Part shown: one piece after another, positions 56,099 through 64,000 of the stretch
Layout of the letters: every line of letters starts with the position of its first letter
Position numbering within the stretch: position 1 is the stretch's first letter
From: Eukaryota sp. TZLM1-RC
Lineage: Eukaryota > Protista > Metamonada: BaSk clade
Length of the DNA: 64,000 bases
NCBI GenBank assembly: GCA_040285825.1
Contig: JAUPSS010000004.1
Location: 6,843,604 to 6,907,603 of the forward strand
Direction of reading: 5' to 3'
Program-made: the position numbers and the translations under genes
Notes under the pieces: generated by a model
The model's input: only the letters and a program-made list of their open reading frames with translations
Databases searched by the model: none
Told to the model about the DNA's origin: nothing

Positions 56099-58054
56099 TC
56101 ATCTTCTCAACAGAGCATCTGGGCAAATGTATCTTTCCGGCCACAATTCCGCTTTCTTCTTAATTTGAATATTTTTTGCAGCGGAAATATCTCTGTCATA
56201 TACTATTTGACACTCAGTACAAATACGCATCTGCCATGAGCCTGCTTGAAGATTCTCGGCCATGCAACAACTTGACATTTTGCTTGTATTAAATTCACTG
56301 GTTGACAAGTGCTTCACGTCCTTTTGATAACACAACCATTTTCTGAAAGCCCTTGCTGATCCATATCGATTGACTTTTCGGCAATGAGAAGGGAAATTAG
56401 CAGAACCCACAGCAAGATAGAGTTTTTCAGGATGTCCAGCCAGCCTTTGAAATTTGTTGAGACTCTCTCTGAACCGTCTCTCTTTTCGTCTGCGATTATC
56501 AAATTTAATTATTTTCCATTTCTGGCGATTACTTTCCAAATACACTTTCCTCCTGACCAAATTCCAATGGTTCAAATATTGGTTGAAATTTTGAACGGAA
56601 TATTGGTTGGGAGAGTGTTTACTGGGTGAAGGTTTTGTCCTGTACCTCCTGCTAGTTGGATAAGGGATAACACCACATTGATCATCAGTTAAGAAGTAAC
56701 CACATAATCTTGATTGGCCCAGATCAACACCAATAAGGGGCATTTCAGGTAAAATTTCGACTGGATGTCTACGTCTTCGACGGGGCATTTTTTTAGTACC
56801 CTTCAACTGTGTTTCTCTGGTTTTGTTGGCATTAGGGTCACTTTTCATTTCATTTTTTGATCTTCTTTTCTTTTTCGGTGGTTCATCCAGCTCATCTGTG
56901 TTTTCTGAGTCATTATTTTTACCTTCAAAGGTCAAAAGCAGTTCATTACCATTAGTTTTCAATAAAATTTTGTTAAATCTATTTTTCAAACTTTTTCTGT
57001 TGATATTGAATTTTTGGTAAGGACATTGTTTGAATATTCGTTTCAGACATGTATTTTTGATAAACTTTGTTTTGGAAGATGATCCTTCAATAATTGGAAA
57101 TTTTTTCACAGAGTGGAAAATTTGTGAAGGTACCTCAATAAATTTAGAACCTTTATGAGAAGCTAAAGGTATTATTCTGAATTTCTTCCAGCAATGCATA
57201 TGAGAAAAGAAGGTGAGTAAGTATTGTGAAATTTTAAGATTAAAGAGAAAAAGTTCACTAATTTCCTTTGATGAAAAAGTGATTTTATCATGTGAGGACA
57301 GTAGGGAGGCAGTGGTAGGAAATCTTTGAAAGAGATTCAAGATAAACTTACATGCATTTAATAAGAAGAATCTTTCTCTTGAATTATTCAAATTGAAATT
57401 GATGAGGTATTCAAGAACAGAATCAACTACTACTTCCTCGGGTTGGGCTAGTGGTTCATCTGGCAAAAGTGAAAGAATATTATTTGCAAAGACATTTGTT
57501 TTATCCAGGGCTCTACAATGAGCACGAATAAAGTTTTTTGTCCAGGATTGACAAATTTTAGGTAAACTTGTCTTCACGTTGGAGGCCAATTGACGAGCCC
57601 GACAAGCAAGGTAAGGAGAAAACCCTTTTCTATTGATAAAATTACAGTTCTGGGACTGCAGCCAATCATTGAGGAAAAGATTGAATGAATTTCTGTAAGG
57701 CACTAAAGAATTTTCCCACACAGAAACAAGAGACCTGTCTTGTGGGCATTCAGAAAGAAATCCATTGTAAAAGATATGGAGTAATTGGCGTTGGCCTTTA
57801 GATGTGGAAGGCTTAGGAAAAGAACCAGTGGTGATGACGGTCATAAACAGATACCATGCATCCTGTTCCACTAAAGCTCTAGATGCCAACGGAAAATTTA
57901 GAAGAAAAGATTGAAGTAATAAAGAAGCTTCATGACAAATCTCGGTGACCACAGGAAGGTCAGTCCGAATTTGTTGCACCGCTGCAGGGGTCAGCAGCGA
58001 GTCAAGTGCACAAGACCGAGTGAATACACGTGACACAGAGTGGGTGTCTGTCAT
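56099..58054 (-). CDS. Intact Fanzor-like RNA-guided nuclease (Fz-D, 651 aa)
   Basis: KTNG, NLS-like PPKKKRR and RRRRR, RuvC-I LIGVDLG, LAVGSANF, RuvC-II SEFNTSKMSSCC, CTEC and RuvC-III YDRDISAAKNI. Confidence 0.88.
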   Translation of the reverse strand: MTDTHSVSRVFTRSCALDSLLTPAAVQQIRTDLPVVTEICHEASLLLQSFLLNFPLASRALVEQDAWYLFMTVITTGSFPKPSTSKGQRQLLHIFYNGFLSECPQDRSLVSVWENSLVPYRNSFNLFLNDWLQSQNCNFINRKGFSPYLACRARQLASNVKTSLPKICQSWTKNFIRAHCRALDKTNVFANNILSLLPDEPLAQPEEVVVDSVLEYLINFNLNNSRERFFLLNACKFILNLFQRFPTTASLLSSHDKITFSSKEISELFLFNLKISQYLLTFFSHMHCWKKFRIIPLASHKGSKFIEVPSQIFHSVKKFPIIEGSSSKTKFIKNTCLKRIFKQCPYQKFNINRKSLKNRFNKILLKTNGNELLLTFEGKNNDSENTDELDEPPKKKRRSKNEMKSDPNANKTRETQLKGTKKMPRRRRRHPVEILPEMPLIGVDLGQSRLCGYFLTDDQCGVIPYPTSRRYRTKPSPSKHSPNQYSVQNFNQYLNHWNLVRRKVYLESNRQKWKIIKFDNRRRKERRFRESLNKFQRLAGHPEKLYLAVGSANFPSHCRKVNRYGSARAFRKWLCYQKDVKHLSTSEFNTSKMSSCCMAENLQAGSWQMRICTECQIVYDRDISAAKNIQIKKKAELWPERYICPDALLRR

Positions 58055-58261
58055 GTAGTGAGAATAAAGAGCTCATCTATCAAATTTTACACTTGTCACC
58101 CCATTTTCGACTTCTGGTTGCCTGTTCTGGGAGGTTTTTAACCCTCAACTTGGTTTTGGGAGGTTTTCACTATTCCCACACTTTCCCCTCACTTCATAAA
58201 CTAGGTTCATAAACTAGGTATCCTTTGTAAAAGTTTCTGGAATTTCAACTCTATGTAACTC

Positions 58262-58690
58262 ATGAAAGACGCTCTCAGCATCATCAACAAATTAGTCCAC
58301 GATACTTTTTTGTCTAAAGAACGTTTCTTTGTTGGTTTTGAGGATAGATTTGGCGGTGTATTCTTCCTCCCTCTTCACGATTTTCTTGCCTTATCTGTAC
58401 CATCTCACAGAATTCGCTACATATCTAAGGAAACTCAATTCTCTGGTCTCGCACAAAACGAATCAACCTTATTGGCTCTGTTGCACCTTCTGTTTCTTTA
58501 TTCTCATCTCCAACACCTGGTGTTCTCTCCCGATATTTTCCTCCTCATGCTACTGGTAGAAAGAATTTCCAGTTACCCTTCTTCTCTAACATTGTTTCTT
58601 GTAGTGTAGGTGTTCATCATACATTGGCACTCACTGCTTGTGGTAATTGCTATGGATTTGGTCTGAACAAATCTACCAATTAGGCAACAA
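58262..58690 (+). pseudogene. MJ1316/DUF504-like domain fused to RCC1-like repeat, frameshifted and truncated
   Basis: IINKLVHD..FFVGFEDRFGG..VPSHRIRYI, then in a shifted frame LWSRTKRINL and IVSCSVGVHHTLALTACGNCYGFGLN. Confidence 0.55.
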
Positions 58691-59224
58691 CTACACTTAA
58701 AGCAGCACTTTCAAACCGTTTTCCTAAGATTTTTTAGAAATTCAATCAATTTCTCTATCCTAAATGAACCCTGGAGAAAACCATAAGTCGAAATGCTATA
58801 CGACACGTGTGGATAAGGTTTGTCAAGTGGGATAAAGGTAGTTAGTGTTCATCATCTACTGAGATTTTATGTTATTATTGATTAGCTACTTGCTTCAATT
58901 GTGATGTATCCAGGACAATTCCACAGAAATGATACTATCAATAATGATTGAAGTTTGTTAATAATAATTGAGTTCTGCGAAACAGTGAAAAGATTTCTGT
59001 ATGTATGTTATCATGAAGCTTCAGTTGTTTTGATGAACACACAACCATCCTTTCATGAACAGCAGTTATAAATCCTCTATTAATGAGAAAAACATTAAAA
59101 CAGCCAACAAAAGATTCACATATTTACACTGTTGTGACAGCATGTCAATGCTAAAACATTAAAATCAAATAATTAAGCCATATTTATTTCTATGCAATAC
59201 AAATCCAACTATCCTTGTTGTTGC

Positions 59225-62200
59225 ATTGAATGTTGCAAACTAATAAAACCATTGCTGTAAGTGTAAGAGTATCGTTTTTGATACGATTTACTGAGGCTCA
59301 TATGAAGTTCCTAGTTTCGTATATTGACCAATGGTTGTTTATTACAATCATTGGTCAAATCTTTAAAGTCCATTTTGGGACAATTAATATAACAATTGTG
59401 GTGTTAAAGTCCGTGCTATGATCATTTGAGTAGTCATTGGTATGATTGGTTGAATGGTCATTGGTGTGATTAGGTGAGTTGCATGTAGTCCTTATGTACT
59501 AGATGTGATCAACTTGTGATCAAACTTTGTGTGAAATTGTGTGTGAGTAATGTTGGCTATGTGTTACTTGATCAGTACAAACTCATGATTACATTTTCAA
59601 TTGATTTTGTATATATTTGAATTAATTGAGTGTATTAATTTTTAAACATTAAATTGTAAAAAAAGTAAAAAATCAAAAAGTATACAATTGAATGTTGCAA
59701 ACTAATATAACCATTGCTGTAAGTGTAAGAGTATCGTTTTTGATACGATTTACTGAGGCTCATATGAAGTTCCTAGTTTCGTATATTGACCAATGGTTGT
59801 TTATTACAATCATTGGTCAAATCTTTAAAGTCCATTTTGGGACAATTATTATAACAATTGTGGTGTTAAAGTCCTTGCTATGGTCATTTGATTAGTGATT
59901 GGTATGATTGGTTGAATGGTCATTGGTATGATTAGATGAGTTGCATGTAGTCTTTATGTACTAGATGTGATCAACTTGTGATCAAACTTTGTGTGAAATT
60001 GTGTGTTAGTAATGTTGGCTATGTGTTACTTGATCAGTACAAACTCATGATTACATTTTCAAATGATTTTGTATATATTTGAATTAATTGAGTGTATTAA
60101 TTTTTAAACATTAAATTGTAAAAAAAGTAAAAAATCAAAAAGTATACAATTGAATGTTGTAAACTAATAAAACAATTGCTGTAAGTGTAAGAGTATCGTT
60201 TTTGATACGATTTACTGAGGCTCATATGAAGTTCATAGTTTCGTATATTGACCAATGGTTGTTTATTACAATCGTTGGTCAAATCTTTAAAGTCCATTTT
60301 GGGACAATTATTATAACAATTGTGGTGTTAAAGTCTGTGCTATGGTCATTTGAGTAGTCATTGGTATGATTGGTTGAATGGTCATTGGTATGATTAGATG
60401 AGTTGCATGTAGTCTTTTGTCCATTTTGGGACAATTAATATAACAATTGTGGTGTTAAAGTCCGTGCTATGGTCATTTGAGTAGTCATTGGTTTGATTGG
60501 TTGAATGGTCATTGGTATGATTAGATGAGTTGCATGTAGTCTTTATGTACTAGATGTGATCAACTTGTGATCAAACCTTGTGTGAAATTGTGTGTGAGTA
60601 GTGTTGGCTATGTGTTACTTGATCAGTACAAACTCATGATTACATTTTCAAATGATTTTGTATATATTTGAATTAATTGAGTGTATTAATTTTTAAACAT
60701 TAAATTGTAAAAAAAGTAAAAAATCAAAAAGTATACAATTGAATGTTGTAAACTAATAAAACAATTGCTGTAAGTGTAAGAGTATCGTTTTTGATACGAT
60801 TTACTGAGGCTCATATGAAGTTCCTAGTTTCGTATATTGACCAATGGTTGTTTATTACAATCATTGGTCAAATCTTTAAAGTCCATTTTGGGACAATTAA
60901 TATAACAATTGTGGTGTTAAAGTCCGTGCTATGGTCATTTGAGTAGTCATTGGTATGATTGGTTGAATGGTCATTGGTATGATTAGGTGAGTTGCATGTA
61001 GTCCTTATGTACTAGATGTGATCAACTTGTGATCAAACTTTGTGTGAAATTGTGTGTGAGTAGTGTTGGCTATGTGTTACTTGATCAGTACAAACTCATG
61101 ATTACATTTTCAATTGATTTTGTATATATTTGAATTAATTGAGTTATTAATTTTTAAACATTAAATTGTAAAAATAGTAAAAAATCAAAAAGTATACAAT
61201 TGAATGTTGCAAACTAATATAACCATTGCTGTAAGTGTAAGAGTATCGTTTTTGATACGATTTACTGAGGCTCATATGAAGTTCCTAGTTTCGTATATTG
61301 ACCAATGGTTGTTTATTACAATCATTGGTCAAATCTTTAAAGTCCATTTTGGGACAATTAATATAACAATTGTGGTGTTAAATTCCGTGCTATGGTCATT
61401 TGAGTAGTCATTGGTCTGATTGGTTGAATGGTCATTGGTATGATTAGATGAGTTGCATGTAGTCTTTATGTACTAGATGTGATCAACTTGTGATCAAACT
61501 TTGTGTGAAATTGTGTGTGAGTAGTGTTGGCTATGTGTTACTTGATCAGTACAAACTCATGATTACATTTTCAATTGATTTTGTATATATTTGAATTAAT
61601 TGAGTTATTAATTTTTAAACATTAAATTGTAAAAATAGTAAAAAATCAAAAAGTATACAATTGAATGTTGCAAACTAATATAACCATTGCTGTAAGTGTA
61701 AGAGTATCGTTTTTGATACGATTTACTGAGGCTCATATGAAGTTCCTAGTTTCGTATATTGACCAATGGTTGTTTATTACAATCATTGGTCAAATCTTTA
61801 AAGTCCATTTTGGGACAATTAATATAACAATTGTGGTGTTAAAGTCCGTGCTATGGTCATTTGAGTAGTCATTGGTTTGATTGGTTGAATGGTCATTGGT
61901 ATGATTAGATGAGTTGCATGTAGTCTTTATGTACTAGATGTGATCAACTTGTGATCAAACTTTGTGTGAAATTGTGTGTGAGTAGTGTTGGCTATGTGTT
62001 ACTTGATCAGTACAAACTCATGATTACATTTTCAATTGATTTTGTATATATTTGAATTAATTGAGTTATTAATTTTTAAACATTAAATTGTAAAAATAGT
62101 AAAAAATCAAAAAGTATACAATTGAATGTTGTAAACTAATAAAACAATTGCTGTAAGTGTAAGAGTATCGTTTTTGATACGATTTACTGAGGCTCATATG

Positions 62201-64000
62201 AAGTTCATAGTTTCGTATATTGACCAATGGTTGTTTATTACAATCGTTGGTCAAATCTTTAAAGTCCATTTTGGGACAATTATTATAACAATTGTGGTGT
62301 TAAAGTCTGTGCTATGGTCATTTAAGTAGTCATTGGTATGATTGGTTGAATGGTCATTGGTGTGATTAGGTGAGTTGCATGTAGTCCTTATGTACTAGAT
62401 GTGATCAACTTGTGATCAAACTTTGTGTGAAATTGTGTGTGAGTAATGTTGGCTATGTGTTACTTGATCAGTACAAACTCATGATTACATTTTCAATTGA
62501 TTTTGTATATATTTGAATTAATTGAGTGTATTAATTTTTAAACATTAAATTGTAAAAAAAGTAAAAAATCAAAAAGTATACAATTGAATGTTGCAAACTA
62601 ATATAACCATTGCTGTAAGTGTAAGAGTATCGTTTTTGATACGATTTACTGAGGCTCATATGAAGTTCCTAGTTTCGTATATTGACCAATGGTTGTTTAT
62701 TACAATCATTGGTCAAATCTTTAAAGTCCATTTTGGGACAATTATTATAACAATTGTGGTGTTAAAGTCCTTGCTATGGTCATTTGATTAGTCATTGGTA
62801 TGATTGGTTGAATGGTCATTGGTATGATTAGATGAGTTGCATGTAGTCTTTATGTACTAGATGTGATCAACTTGTGATCAAACTTTGTGTGAAATTGTGT
62901 GTTAGTAATGTTGGCTATGTGTTACTTGATCAGTACAAACTCATGATTACATTTTCAAATGATTTTGTATATATTTGAATTAATTGAGTGTATTAATTTT
63001 TAAACATTAAATTGTAAAAAAAGTAAAAAATCAAAAAGTATACAATTGAATGTTGTAAACTAATAAAACAATTGCTGTAAGTGTAAGAGTATCGTTTTTG
63101 ATACGATTTACTGAGGCTCATATGAAGTTCATAGTTTCGTATATTGACCAATGGTTGTTTATTACAATCGTTGGTCAAATCTTTAAAGTCCATTTTGGGA
63201 CAATTATTATAACAATTGTGGTGTTAAAGTCTGTGCTATGGTCATTTGAGTAGTCATTGGTATGATTGGTTGAATGGTCATTGGTATGATTAGATGAGTT
63301 GCATGTAGTCTTTTGTCCATTTTGGGACAATTAATATAACAATTGTGGTGTTAAAGTCCGTGCTATGGTCATTTGAGTAGTCATTGGTTTGATTGGTTGA
63401 ATGGTCATTGGTATGATTAGATGAGTTGCATGTAGTCTTTATGTACTAGATGTGATCAACTTGTGATCAAACCTTGTGTGAAATTGTGTGTGAGTAGTGT
63501 TGGCTATGTGTTACTTGATCAGTACAAACTCATGATTACATTTTCAATTGATTTTGTATATATTTGAATTAATTGAGTGTATTAATTTTTAAACATTAAA
63601 TTGTAAAAAAAGTAAAAAATCAAAAAGTATACAATTGAATGTTGCAAACTAATATAACCATTGCTGTAAGTGTAAGAGTATCGTTTTTGATACGATTTAC
63701 TGAGGCTCATATGAAGTTCCTAGTTTCGTATATTGACCAATGGTTGTTTATTACAATCATTGGTCAAATCTTTAAAGTCCATTTTGGGACAATTAATATA
63801 ACAATTGTGGTGTTAAAGTCCGTGCTATGGTCATTTGAGTAGTCATTGGTTTGATTGGTTGAATGGTCATTGGTATGATTAGATGAGTTGCATGTAGTCT
63901 TTATGTACTAGATGTGATCAACTTGTGATCAAACTTTGTGTGAAATTGTGTGTGAGTAGTGTTGGCTATGTGTTGACTTGATCAGTACAAACTCATGATT
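59225..64000. repeat. Satellite array, 461-462 bp monomer, more than 10 copies, runs off window
   Basis: Equivalent positions at 59230, 59692, 60154, 60743, 61204, 61665, 62126, 62588, 63050 and 63639. Two monomers carry an internal 127-bp duplication. Confidence 0.97.

Noticed and set aside
59230-63842. Repeated 63-67 aa ORFs (MLQTNITIAV..., MDFKDLTND...)
   Set aside because: By-products of the satellite; stops appear in several monomers.
59225-64000. CRISPR-like array or rRNA/5S/SL-RNA tandem genes
   Set aside because: No unique spacers and no recognisable RNA-gene sequence; eukaryotic context.
1-64000. Stop-codon reassignment explaining the broken ORFs
   Set aside because: Host genes are long and open in the standard code and end in TAA, TAG or TGA. 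The broken ORFs also contain frameshifts.

Overview
AT-rich, intron-poor eukaryotic DNA in the standard code, probably from a flagellated protist (NPHP4-like gene, 29-30 nt spliceosomal introns). The species cannot be fixed from sequence alone. Host genes: Sec6/EXOC3, TmcB-like membrane protein, Rab GTPase, a coiled-coil protein, RPL8, CWC15, an XMAP215/TOG protein, a HECT E3 and NPHP4-like. These alternate with dense mobile DNA. The main signal is five Fanzor (eukaryotic TnpB-like, RuvC) loci from two subfamilies, none with a partner transposase. One (56099-58054) is an intact 651-aa ORF with a full D-E-D triad, followed by about 300 nt of stacked, G-U-containing hairpins that look like an omegaRNA. 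All five end about 100-350 bp upstream of a co-oriented start codon. Decayed copies were hit by retroelements: a TRIM, RLE-type non-LTR elements with 9-11 bp TSDs, and a young chromodomain-type Ty3/Gypsy with identical 133-bp LTRs. The Gypsy is nested inside the TSD of a LINE, which is itself inside a Fanzor. The window ends in a 462-bp satellite with a 2896-bp higher-order period. All family calls come from motif recognition by eye, not database searches.
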